The position numbers were made by a program, and so were the translations under genes. DNA of 64,000 nucleotides from a virus (lineage: Duplodnaviria; Heunggongvirae; Uroviricota; Caudoviricetes): IMG/VR virus record IMGVR_UViG_2541047860_000002; one strand, written 5' to 3'. Under the pieces are notes generated by a model that worked only from the letters and a program-made list of their open reading frames with translations, had not been told where the DNA came from and ran no database searches. The number at the start of each line of letters is the position of its first letter. Position 1 is the stretch's first letter. Below, piece by piece: positions 19,488 to 29,064 of this stretch.

Positions 19488-19669
19488 TAAAGTGCCAATT
19501 TTTTTTAATCCATCATAGATTGATGATGACCAGTAACACGTTGCCTTCATGGTCTTTAATTTGCGAAGTGTGGTTTCTACGGTTGGTTTTCTAAAATTGA
19601 TGACAAAAAATCACAGTTCGATCCTTTACTCACTCTGTTATTCGACATAAATTTGTCATAGTAATTTTA

Positions 19670-19686
19670 TGTTAGAAAACTAAATC
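19670..19686 (+). promoter_or_regulatory. recurrent motif TGTTAGAAAACTAAATC
   Basis: Ends 11 bp before the ATG of the 345-aa gene. Confidence 0.45.
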
Positions 19687-19697
19687 GAGTAGGAATA

Positions 19698-20735
19698 ATG
19701 AGTAAGAAGTCGATCGAGAAAGAGTACAAACGGTTCCTGCAAACCGCTGAACGGTGGAAAGAGCTGGTGGTCGCAAACTCTGTTTTCCATGATACCAGTT
19801 ATGCTGGCGAGGAATTCCGCCATGTTGCATTAACGCATGACCAAAACATATTAGAAGAAGCTGAAAAATGTCTTGCTGAATGGAAAGCCTTCGTTGACAT
19901 GTGCCGCGATTCCGACGGCAAAGCGTCGAACATTGTTGAGTCTGTATATTCTCCGATCCCATTCATCATTGAGGACACCAATCAAAGCACGCATGTTGTT
20001 GTGCAAAGCGCTACAACAACACGTACATTTACACGTGAACAATTGCTCAAAAAATACGACAAAATCATAAAGAAAAGCCTGAAAAATAGGGTTTTTTCTC
20101 AAATCGTAGGCGCTCTTGAAGAAGAACAGCGCTTCTTTGAAGCTGAGCCTGAAGGCGAGATCTACCGGGCGCGTAAAGAGGCATATACAGATGTTGTGCT
20201 GACAACAAATATCGAAGGCAGCAATGCCCTTTCTCGCTTTAGAGTTGGCGCACATGGCGCATTGGTTTTCGCAAGACTACCGAAGACAACGATCCCCGTT
20301 GTCAATAATGTTGGTGAACGCCGGAGCATTACAATTTATTCTGGCGTCGAATCGGTACCTTGCAGCCTTCTCGGCGATTTTAACTTATATCGTGTTCGTG
20401 ACCTGGAAAAACACCAGCCAAGCTACGTTGCGAAGTCGTACATCTTAAGGAACATCGATATTCGCAATGAAAGCCTTAAGCAGAAATCCGCTAAGATGCT
20501 GGAGGATGCCGATCCGGCTATTCGCCATATCATTGAGCGTAAGATACGTACATCACGTGAAGCAATGGCAAGGCTGGATAAAATGGATCTGGAATTGTTA
20601 GACGTAATGATGGCCTCTGGAGACGACCTGACCGGCATTAAACTGAATGAAGCTCGTAAAAAATACGGCAAAGCAATCGAAGAACGTTACGGATACACAT
20701 TCCCCCAAACGCAGTACGCCGCGAAGCTCTGGTAA
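19698..20735 (+). CDS. hypothetical protein; positional candidate for the immunity repressor
   Basis: 345 aa, no recognised motif; lies between the rox site and pacB where P1-type phages carry c1; recurrent motif directly upstream. Confidence 0.45.
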   Translation: MSKKSIEKEYKRFLQTAERWKELVVANSVFHDTSYAGEEFRHVALTHDQNILEEAEKCLAEWKAFVDMCRDSDGKASNIVESVYSPIPFIIEDTNQSTHVVVQSATTTRTFTREQLLKKYDKIIKKSLKNRVFSQIVGALEEEQRFFEAEPEGEIYRARKEAYTDVVLTTNIEGSNALSRFRVGAHGALVFARLPKTTIPVVNNVGERRSITIYSGVESVPCSLLGDFNLYRVRDLEKHQPSYVAKSYILRNIDIRNESLKQKSAKMLEDADPAIRHIIERKIRTSREAMARLDKMDLELLDVMMASGDDLTGIKLNEARKKYGKAIEERYGYTFPQTQYAAKLW

Positions 20736-20744
20736 TCACAACCG

Positions 20745-20767
20745 GCCCCGCATCGCGGGGCTTTATA
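20745..20767. terminator. bidirectional rho-independent terminator
   Basis: GCCCCGC-ATC-GCGGGGC hairpin plus T-run between convergent genes. Confidence 0.55.
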
Positions 20768-22271
20768 TATCCAGATCAGGCATTTCGATATCCGCCAGAA
20801 CCTGATCTCGGAAAGTTGCCATTTCGGCACCAATATCTTCATTAGCAGGCACATAGTCCACCAGCATAGTGAAGCAGTAGGTATCCCATCGGTCAGGCGA
20901 TTTGATGTTTAGCTTTTGCCGCATGTGCTCTTTGCGCATCATCGCCATTTTCCCTTCTTCATTCAGTAAAAAGGGGATTTTTGACGCTTGCTCTGCCGTT
21001 TTAGGGTCACTGTCTATCCGCATACGCCCTGACTTTATGGCATCACGCGCCATAATATTTGCGTAGGCACGCTGATTAACAAATCGCTCCCTGTCTTTGT
21101 TCGCAAACATGGGTTTTCCCCACCGAATACGTACCGGGTTCGCACCACGACGCACCAACTGCGCACACGTATCAGAACCAAAACCATCAGCATCAACCGC
21201 GATTGTTATATTCGGGTATTTTTCCGGCGTACATTCGTTATATATGAAGTCAGCAAAGGCCAATGGGTCCATAGTGCCAGGCATCTCCATTACCTTAAAG
21301 TTAACAACGCGACGCTTATCCCTGTGACCAGATACCTTGCAGATGTTGAGGACCGACTTATCTCGCCCATTACCAACGTCAGCCGTTGCCACCCATCCCC
21401 AGTTTTTCTCCAACAACACCTTGCGGCGAGCAGCGCGATCGCATTCATCACGACCAAGCAAATAGCCGTTAATTTCTCGTGGGAACTGACCAAGCACCTT
21501 GACCATGTACTCAATAGAATCGCGCCCGCCATATTCCAGAAGCTTCTGCTTGATGAATTGTGGTGTGACGAACGGTGATTCTTCCGAGTTAAGAACAATT
21601 GCTGTCCAGATCCCTTTCGGGTTGTCTGGGGTTTTTGCTTGAGAATGGTGCGAATCGTAGAAATAACCACTTGGCCTTGTTGGCTGGGATAGCATCAACA
21701 TCCGGTTATCTTCTTCAGTAAGAGCACCGGTCATTACGCCGATCGCCTTATCAGATATACCAGATGCTTCGTCCAGAATTAGAAGCAAATGTGCCGCGTG
21801 TTCCCCCGCCAGCGCTTCTTCGTTGCCGAGTCGATAACCTTTGCAGAGAACTTCCCAAATCCCCTTACGGGAGCGCTCATAAAACATGGTGTCAGAGAGG
21901 ACAAAATAGGTCTGCAACCACCCATGACGCTTAACTGCATTCGCCCAATACTGTTTAACGTATTTGAATACGCCTGTTTTTACCTGGCCTATCTTGTTAG
22001 CAACAATGATGACACGGGCATCGGGGAACAGGATCATAAAAATCAACAGCAACATCGCGGTAAGGGACGACTTCCCCGTTCCGTGTCCGGACGTGACGGT
22101 CGTCCTACTCCCCGTTTCCTGCACTGACTGAATGATCTGCTGCTGCTGGTGGGAGGGGAACATCCCAAAAATATCGACAACAGCCTGGGTAAAGTTGTAG
22201 CGGTATTTGATTACCATATCGCGCCAGCGTGGATCGCTGGTGACGCATTTAATCTTGCGCCCGCCAGCCAT
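20763..22271 (-). CDS. pacB: terminase large subunit (PacB-like)
   Basis: 502 aa with Walker A (SGHGTGKS) and a C-terminal nuclease-like region; immediately downstream of the pacA-like gene. Confidence 0.75.
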   Translation of the reverse strand: MAGGRKIKCVTSDPRWRDMVIKYRYNFTQAVVDIFGMFPSHQQQQIIQSVQETGSRTTVTSGHGTGKSSLTAMLLLIFMILFPDARVIIVANKIGQVKTGVFKYVKQYWANAVKRHGWLQTYFVLSDTMFYERSRKGIWEVLCKGYRLGNEEALAGEHAAHLLLILDEASGISDKAIGVMTGALTEEDNRMLMLSQPTRPSGYFYDSHHSQAKTPDNPKGIWTAIVLNSEESPFVTPQFIKQKLLEYGGRDSIEYMVKVLGQFPREINGYLLGRDECDRAARRKVLLEKNWGWVATADVGNGRDKSVLNICKVSGHRDKRRVVNFKVMEMPGTMDPLAFADFIYNECTPEKYPNITIAVDADGFGSDTCAQLVRRGANPVRIRWGKPMFANKDRERFVNQRAYANIMARDAIKSGRMRIDSDPKTAEQASKIPFLLNEEGKMAMMRKEHMRQKLNIKSPDRWDTYCFTMLVDYVPANEDIGAEMATFRDQVLADIEMPDLDI

Positions 22272-23635
22272 TAATCATCCTCCGGCGGTTCTATCGCGAT
22301 ATCATCATCTCCGGCGTCATACCCTGCATCAGATGCATCATAATCACCGTAAATTTCAGCCGTTGCCGAAGGGTCAATATCCAGCTCTTCGTCGTTGGCC
22401 TCGAATTCTCCAGCTTTACGCTCGCCATTGCGGTCGTAATCTCCGCACCCCAATTCTTCAACAATGGTTGCCACATCCGCCCGGCGCTCTGCCAGCCATT
22501 GCGGATGGTTAGCCTGAAGCGTTGCAAACTCCCTTGCCTCTTTGTCCAGCTGTTCATCATCAACATCATTGACGTCAGAAACAGGTGGTTCGAGAAGAGT
22601 GATAGCTTTCGCCGCGCGCGCCGCGAGGATAGCCGGGACGCTGACCCCCTGGCGCTCGATGTATTCAGCAACACCGATATCATCCAGTTCCTCGCGCTCA
22701 CGCATACGTATAGCGGCGGCGATAACTCTGGCAGCGCGTGCGTCAGCGCCAATGCGATATTCAATCTCTTTGCCACGCTGTTCGGCCTGTAGGCGTGCTA
22801 ATTCGAGTTTTTCTCTGGCCTCAGCCTCTTTGAATGCTTGCTGGCGAGCGCTCTGACGAAGCTTTTCATCCCCCTGTCGCAGCTTTTGTTCGGACTGATA
22901 TATAGCTGCCAACCTACTGATAAAATCATTCATGTAGTAGGCCGCGTCACTGATTAGACCGAGAAGGCGCTGCCCAGGGTGCATTCCTTCTGGCTCTTTA
23001 TCGCCCAAGGCGTCTATTTCCGCCTGTAGACGTTCGGCCTCCTGATCAACAATGCTTTGATACTGAAGTGCGCGCTCTTGCGCCATTTGAATTGCTAACC
23101 GCAGGTGTTCTTCTGCGCCGTTCTTCATCATGTCGCGAGCCACATTCGTAGTGGGCAATGTGGCACGTTGCACAGCACCGCCAGGGATCATTGCTGAAGA
23201 TCCCTCAATTTTTGGGGCGCTTTTATCTTCTTCGGGGATCATTTTCGCCATTTTTTCGCGCAATGATCTCCTGACAGATTCTTTTATCTCATTGTTATTA
23301 TTTGCATTATTTTCATGATCCGAAGTTTTCTTTCTCGGCATACTTCGGAAAGAACCTGCGCCCTGCGAATTGTCAATTTCTGTAAATTTTGTTTTTTCTG
23401 CACCCTCTTCCAGCTTTTTTGTTGCTCTTCCCGCCCGTTTTTTTTCAGGTGATTTGGTGCTTTTTTTTGTTGTCTTTACCTGCGACCGCACCTCATTTTT
23501 TTTCATATTGAGATGCTTTCTGGCTGTATTGAAGCTAAGGCCATGCTCCTCACAGTATTCCTTTACAGTGATCCCTTTTTCTTCACGCAACGCTATAAAG
23601 CGGGCGCGGTGCTCCTCCCAATTAACCAGACTCAT
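22271..23635 (-). CDS. pacA: terminase small/pac-recognition subunit (PacA-like)
   Basis: 454 aa with N-terminal HTH-like segment and acidic C-terminus; start overlaps upstream gene; carries a GATC cluster (candidate pac site). Confidence 0.6.
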   Translation of the reverse strand: MSLVNWEEHRARFIALREEKGITVKEYCEEHGLSFNTARKHLNMKKNEVRSQVKTTKKSTKSPEKKRAGRATKKLEEGAEKTKFTEIDNSQGAGSFRSMPRKKTSDHENNANNNNEIKESVRRSLREKMAKMIPEEDKSAPKIEGSSAMIPGGAVQRATLPTTNVARDMMKNGAEEHLRLAIQMAQERALQYQSIVDQEAERLQAEIDALGDKEPEGMHPGQRLLGLISDAAYYMNDFISRLAAIYQSEQKLRQGDEKLRQSARQQAFKEAEAREKLELARLQAEQRGKEIEYRIGADARAARVIAAAIRMREREELDDIGVAEYIERQGVSVPAILAARAAKAITLLEPPVSDVNDVDDEQLDKEAREFATLQANHPQWLAERRADVATIVEELGCGDYDRNGERKAGEFEANDEELDIDPSATAEIYGDYDASDAGYDAGDDDIAIEPPEDD

Positions 23636-24024
23636 AAAGCAACACCACGCTTTTTAACGGCGGCATTCCACAGCTTATTCGCCATGTCCACCAGCTCTCG
23701 TTGCTCTTTTCGCGCCTGTTCGACTGATTTCCTGCTACAGTTTTTAACCAGTAAGCTACCGTATTCAGGCGTGCGCCCGCGCACCTTGAACTGATATCCG
23801 TTCAGACCATGTAGCCAGTATTTTCGTGGATACACACGATCATCCAGCTCACAGATTGCCCTGCTTGAACGAACAAAATGACGAATGATGTTAGTTACAC
23901 TTACTCGTGAAACATGGAGATGAGGGTATTTTTCTTTGGCGAGAGTGGTAATTTCAGTGACTGTCAGATAGCAGTCAGCCCTGATCATGATATCCGCAAT
24001 TTCTGCGCTGCTGATTTGTTCCAT
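23632..24024 (-). CDS. putative transcriptional regulator (possible late-gene activator, by position)
   Basis: 130 aa directly upstream of and coupled to pacA, where P1 carries lpa; HTH-like stretch; assignment positional only. Confidence 0.35.
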   Translation of the reverse strand: MEQISSAEIADIMIRADCYLTVTEITTLAKEKYPHLHVSRVSVTNIIRHFVRSSRAICELDDRVYPRKYWLHGLNGYQFKVRGRTPEYGSLLVKNCSRKSVEQARKEQRELVDMANKLWNAAVKKRGVAL

Positions 24025-24132
24025 TAATCCCCCGGGCAGGAAATGACCGAGGGGATGATAATGAGAATGTTAAAACTGTATAGACTGGTAAAAAGATGAT
24101 TATATTAGAAAATTAATATTAAATACCTAACG

Positions 24133-24525
24133 CTACCAGCGAGACAAACGAACAACATGTTTCACTTTTGCGATCCACTTTCCGCGATAACTATTGATTA
24201 CGGCCTGTGCCAGCTTCAAATTGGCTTCAAAATCAGCCTTACTACCATCAGACTCCACCAGCATTCCTCCATCTATTTCTGGTAAACATAGATAATCCTG
24301 CTCAACCTGCAGCGGCATTGATGGCTCTCTGAATGGCGTTACTTGCTCTGCTTTCCAGCGAAATCTAACCCTCATCCCCCTGGTGGTCATTACTAGATAG
24401 CCTGTTATAGTGCTTTTATGGCCCACATCAGTACGCGTGGCATTGCATGACACGATCTTACAGTTAGCGATAGACCACTCCATATTGGTGGCCTGTTGAG
24501 TGCTTAATTTGGTAGTCCCGTACAT
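24133..24525 (-). CDS. hypothetical protein
   Basis: 130-aa ORF. Confidence 0.4.
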   Translation of the reverse strand: MYGTTKLSTQQATNMEWSIANCKIVSCNATRTDVGHKSTITGYLVMTTRGMRVRFRWKAEQVTPFREPSMPLQVEQDYLCLPEIDGGMLVESDGSKADFEANLKLAQAVINSYRGKWIAKVKHVVRLSRW

Positions 24526-25100
24526 CAGAAAGCCTCCCAGTCAGTCGCGATAATATCCACACCAGTTGCAAACCAGTCTGTCTGCGCCTGTAAATCCCCA
24601 TTCATCATTACCAGGCGAGGCATCACCATCACATCGCACCCTTCCACAATATCGAATGCCTCTTCCGGCAAGAATTCGAAGAGCTTTTCTTTGCTGCCAA
24701 TGCTGCCACGGAACATCGATATATAGCTCCCTTTAGGCCATGATGTCCGCCGGGCATCAAGCCCTTTCATCATCCAGTAAAAAGCCGAGGAAAAAGGGAT
24801 ATTCTTTTTGCCAATGATTACATTATTCGCTTCTGTGTACTTCAGGAACTTAACTAACCTTACCATTGACTCGGATAACGCAACGTATGGCTCATGATTG
24901 ATTGCTGACACGCTTACACCGTGCAATCCAACGCTTACCACTGTCATATCGCCGCTCTGTGCGGTTTCGATATTGACGCCTTTGCGAACTAATGAGGCGT
25001 AAAGTTCCTCTCGCTTTTGGGTCCAGCGTTCCCGCTTCCCTATGAAGTCACTCAAAATGAGATCTTCTTCTGCATATGCGTTATCGTTCGCCATTAACAT
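24525..25100 (-). CDS. two-domain protein with C-terminal DUF2829-like domain
   Basis: 191 aa; C-terminus FYWMMKGLDARRTSWPKGSYI ... TDWFATGVDIIATDWEAF fits the W-rich DUF2829 pattern. Confidence 0.5.
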   Translation of the reverse strand: MLMANDNAYAEEDLILSDFIGKRERWTQKREELYASLVRKGVNIETAQSGDMTVVSVGLHGVSVSAINHEPYVALSESMVRLVKFLKYTEANNVIIGKKNIPFSSAFYWMMKGLDARRTSWPKGSYISMFRGSIGSKEKLFEFLPEEAFDIVEGCDVMVMPRLVMMNGDLQAQTDWFATGVDIIATDWEAF

Positions 25101-25554
25101 AACGTCTCCTTTTTTACACGCGCGACTATCCCCCGGAAGTGCCGGTAGTGATGTCGTAAATTCGTATTAATTAAGGGGTACAGCCTGAGCGGCTATATGA
25201 TGAATTGAAAGGAGTTGTGGCGGTGGTGCCTCCACCTGCCAGGTTAGCCACTCCTGGCGACGTCACTTATCAGAACGTAGTGAATAAAAATGGCTTCGTC
25301 ACGAGCGCATAGCCGCAATTACCACAACGGAAACGGCGCTCACGCTAATTAAACGCCTTTTCCTGTTGTGCGCCGTGCTCTTCCGGCTGTCACACCGAAT
25401 CGCCAGGATGGTGAGTCCTCGGTCCGCCACTGTTATCGGGGCTTGCACATTCCGGCTACCTGGTCCGTTTGCCTGAGCAAGAGTCAAAGATACCCCTTTA
25501 ACGTCACCAGACCGCTAACGACGCATGTGCCAGACGCCGTGTTACAACCAAATA

Positions 25555-25630
25555 TGGTGGCCCCTACCGGACTTGAACCGGTGACCGTGCGATTATGAGT
25601 CGCCAGCTCTAACCACTGAGCTAAAGGGCC
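25555..25630 (-). tRNA. tRNA-Ile2-like (anticodon CAT; could be read as Met)
   Basis: 76-nt cloverleaf with CCA end; near-identical to the E. coli ileX-type sequence as recalled. Confidence 0.8.
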
Positions 25631-25784
25631 AGATTACTGTTAATTCCGCTTACGCTTTTTGCCAGGACCGCGTAAGGCTTTTGCTGCTTGCTCGACCCCA
25701 TATGCAACCACCAGCAGAAATAAAAATGTCCACCAAGGGTTCTTGTCGGCAAACGTCCAAAATTCCATCATGTTATCTATTTGG

Positions 25785-26612
25785 TTATTTCACCGGAACA
25801 AACGGAACAGCGGTATTACTGGTCATATACTGCGGTAGCGTTCCGTTCCATTTGTTGATCGCTTCCAACTCCATAACGCCGGGGTTCTGGCGCAGAGCCT
25901 CACCGCGTAAACGAATGGCATCAGCTTCAGCCTGGGCTTTTGTGCGAATGGCATCGGCCTGTCCAGCAGCTTCTGCGCGCAGCATGTTGGCTTCTGCTTC
26001 GCGTTGCTTGACTTCCTGCTCGCGTTGCAGAGTTTTCTGGTTCGCCGTGACTTTGGCATTAATGCTGTCGATAACGGTTGGCGGGTACTCCGGCTTGCCC
26101 ACATATGAGAGGCTCATTACCTGAATACCGATGGGCGTCATTTCTTCCTGAATGTCTTTAAGGGCTGCATCAAGCAATTCAGATTTGCCACCGTCGATAA
26201 ATTTGTCGGTGGTCATTTTGCTGGCTAACCGGTTCAGAGCATCTGCAACCTTCTGGCGTAGATCGGTATCAGTAATATCATCTACACCTTTGCGATAGGT
26301 CTGAAATACCGTTGTGACTTTTGCTGGATCAACCTTGTAGGCTACGCCGATGTGGTAACCAATGGTTGTTCCGTCGCTCATCTGGAAGCTGAACGGCTCA
26401 TCGTATGTCTTCATTTGCTTAAAGGTCGGGAAGATATAAACTTCAGTATTCAAGCCTGTCCAGTAGCGACCAACGCCAACTACTTCACCGATACCTTTAT
26501 CATCCCCCAGCTTATTTACTTTGATCCCTACGTTACCTGGCTCTACCCGATCGCATCCGGTCAGACATAAAGAACCAAAAATAATCGCTGCACTAATCAA
26601 CGTTTTTTTCAT
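25785..26612 (-). CDS. SPFH/band-7 domain lipoprotein
   Basis: 275 aa; lipobox LCLTGC after signal peptide; prohibitin-like core and C-terminal coiled coil. Confidence 0.7.
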   Translation of the reverse strand: MKKTLISAAIIFGSLCLTGCDRVEPGNVGIKVNKLGDDKGIGEVVGVGRYWTGLNTEVYIFPTFKQMKTYDEPFSFQMSDGTTIGYHIGVAYKVDPAKVTTVFQTYRKGVDDITDTDLRQKVADALNRLASKMTTDKFIDGGKSELLDAALKDIQEEMTPIGIQVMSLSYVGKPEYPPTVIDSINAKVTANQKTLQREQEVKQREAEANMLRAEAAGQADAIRTKAQAEADAIRLRGEALRQNPGVMELEAINKWNGTLPQYMTSNTAVPFVPVK

Positions 26613-26829
26613 TAATCAATTTCCTGGTTTTTTCACGAAAAAAGACTACTGCAAAAGCCGGGTAAATGAGCGCGAGAAGGACTCCCAACAATACAAGTAT
26701 TGTGCTGTCAGATGAGATCATATTTGGCAAAAGCCAAACATACAGAACCAGTGACACAATCAAACAGAGGACGACATAAATATATAACCGCACCCATAGC
26801 GTTCGACATTTGTTCGGATTGTTCTGCAT
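26593..26829 (-). CDS. small membrane protein
   Basis: 78 aa with two hydrophobic helices; overlaps the lipoprotein gene start. Confidence 0.4.
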   Translation of the reverse strand: MQNNPNKCRTLWVRLYIYVVLCLIVSLVLYVWLLPNMISSDSTILVLLGVLLALIYPAFAVVFFREKTRKLINEKNVD

Positions 26830-27092
26830 CCTCTCACTCCATTATTTACCGAATAAAAAAGCTGCGGTGCCTGGTGCCTCCAGGTGACGTTAACCAGTTA
26901 ACAATTAACGCCGGGATGTTTGACTTAACCACTAAGGAGGATTGTTTTAACTGTTCCGCGTGCGCTTAGCCGCATTCACCGCAATGGTAAGAGCACTTGG
27001 CTGGCTGGGCGGCGATGACGCCTGTACGCATTTGGTGATCCGGTTCTGCTTCCGGCATTCGCTTAATTAGCCAAATACTCTTAACGTTGCAC

Positions 27093-27179
27093 TGGCGGAG
27101 AGTAATGGAATCGAACCATCATCGCTTGCGCAATGGGACGGTTTTCAAGACCGCTTGAGCACCATGCTCCCTACTCTCC
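27093..27179 (-). tRNA. tRNA-Ser-like (anticodon TGA), type II
   Basis: 87 nt; 7-bp acceptor stem, CTTGAAA anticodon loop, long variable arm, CCA end; fold checked by eye only. Confidence 0.55.
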
Positions 27180-27581
27180 AGTGATTGTGATGGTCGGTGC
27201 TGAACTCCGACACAGGGTTGTAGCAAGCCCCGCAAAGCGCGCACTACTGTAGTTGCGGCACATCAGCCTGTGCATTCACCACAATGTTGAGAACACTGGT
27301 TGTCACGCTGCAACGCAACATTTATTCATAGATTGGGATATGACCCCGTTACGCCAGTGTTCTCAACGTTGTGGTGCCGGTTACGGTTCCGGCCAGGCCT
27401 CTTCCTCAACGGGGTGTTCTCCATACGGACTACCGTTTATTGGTCGTTCCTGCGGTTTATGTTGTGAAGCCAGATGCTTATCTTCTGGTTGCTTCAAAGA
27501 GCTGCACTTCATCACAACGGTAAGAGCACTCGATGCATTTAAGCCAAGCCCCATAAGGGAGAATGCCCTTACCTGTTGTGT

Positions 27582-27657
27582 TGGTGCCGGTTAACGGACT
27601 CGAACCGCTGACATCCTGCTTACAAGGCAGGCGCTCTACCAACTGAGCTAAACCGGC
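27582..27657 (-). tRNA. tRNA-Thr (anticodon TGT)
   Basis: 76 nt, canonical D and T arms, CCA end. Confidence 0.8.
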
Positions 27658-27661
27658 AATT

Positions 27662-27748
27662 TGGTGGGGAGTGATGGAGTCGAACCACCCGAGTCGCAAT
27701 GACAGTAGATTTACAGTCTACCCCGCTACCCCTACGGACTAACTCCCC
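27662..27748 (-). tRNA. tRNA-Tyr (anticodon GTA), type II
   Basis: 87 nt with long variable arm, CTGTAAA anticodon loop, CCA end. Confidence 0.7.
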
Positions 27749-27753
27749 TAAAT

Positions 27754-27830
27754 TGGCGATGGTGGGTGGATTCGAACCACCGACCGACAGCTTAGAAGGC
27801 TGCTGCTCTATCCTACTGAGCTACACCATC
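27754..27830 (-). tRNA. tRNA-Arg (anticodon TCT)
   Basis: 77 nt, CTTCTAA anticodon loop, GGTTCGAATCC T-arm, CCA end. Confidence 0.8.
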
Positions 27831-28897
27831 ACTTGCCGGGTACGTCTCCGGCGAGGGCTTCCACCTCCGTATGCTTTTCGGCGCACCGCGCCCTGGCTGC
27901 AATTCGGTAACAGGGGATGCACAACCCTGGCTTCCAGCGTGATTAGCGCCTTCAGCATGACGGGATATACCCGTAGTAGGATGTTATCCCAGAAAGCCAT
28001 TAATCAATGGCTGTTACGCGGGAGGGACGTAACAGGTAAGGGCGCTGACCAGAAAGACCTGACCCTTCTCATTCATCTGGTTAATCACACCAGCGCCCTT
28101 GCCTGTTATGCCTCCCCGTTCCCTAATACACAGACGGGGACACTCTGCGGTCGATTTTTTGACGGGGGACGACTCATACCCCGTGGCGTCTGGCTTCTTA
28201 GGCCGCTACCATCATCAGATCATCGTTTGCATTTACTTTAATGGTCGGTTTCTAAACCGCCGCAAAGTCGCTAACCATGACGAAAACCCTAAAAAAGCCC
28301 ACCCGAAGATGGGCAAATACGCTACATCTCACACAAGAAAGAAGCCGACTGCCTGAGCTGGATTCACTTTCAAATGCCCGCAGAAAGGGATCACAAGTCG
28401 GCTTCTTTCTTGATGCGGCACTCTCTCCGCCCGTCACCGCTCTGTCTCGGTTGTCGCGTTTGCCACGCCAGCCGTAACGAGGTTTAAAGTCTTTACACGT
28501 TTCCATCACTCGACTGCCGTCTGTGGCTGTTCGTTGCAGCGGGGGTGCCTCCCCCTGGGGATATCCCCGGCCTTACCCCATTCTTTCAAGACACAATGCA
28601 AGGCCACATCCGCATAGGTGCATTACCGCAACATTAAGGAGACTCAGGGCAAAAGGTAACCGCCACAAAAATCCCTATGCCTCCTTAATGTTGAAGATGT
28701 GCATTGATGATTAGATGCAGCATGTACCGTTACTCTCTGCCGGACCATCATCAATGAACACCTTAAAAAGACCTTCCGTGGCTCAACATGTATTGTCGTT
28801 TACTCCGCAAAGTGCTCTCTCTGAAACCACTTTCCGCACTAAACCTGCTGAACTTTGGCCTGCACGGTGCCAAAGCGTGCTCTTGCATTACCATCCT

Positions 28898-28906
28898 TTT
28901 CTAACA
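28898..28906 (-). promoter_or_regulatory. recurrent motif TTTCTAACA
   Basis: In the ORF-free region upstream (minus strand) of the tRNA cluster. Confidence 0.35.
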
Positions 28907-29053
28907 CTTTAATTTGTTAAATGCTGGTGGGCGAACAATAACCAATAAGTGACTATCAAGCCCAGCAAGCGAAACGTGGGTACTGCCCACCAGCAAGGAA
29001 AATTCTATGTTAAGTTATCTCCACAATCAATACATTCGAATTGTGATTTTAGA

Positions 29054-29062
29054 TTTCTAACA
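29054..29062 (-). promoter_or_regulatory. recurrent motif TTTCTAACA
   Basis: 3 bp before the stop of the 407-aa gene; oriented toward the tRNA cluster. Confidence 0.35.
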
Positions 29063-29064
29063 CA

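Noticed and set aside
24095-24115. Additional weak copy of the recurrent motif (TATTAGAAAAT) upstream of the 130-aa regulator gene
   Set aside because: Lacks the TGT of the core; counted as doubtful and left out of the site list.
25368-25598. 76-aa plus-strand ORF ending inside tRNA-Ile2
   Set aside because: Overlaps the tRNA on the opposite strand with no RBS; most likely spurious.
27253-28241. Track ORFs overlapping the tRNA genes and the repeat region
   Set aside because: They run across tRNA genes and hairpin repeats and have Cys/Arg-rich improbable composition.
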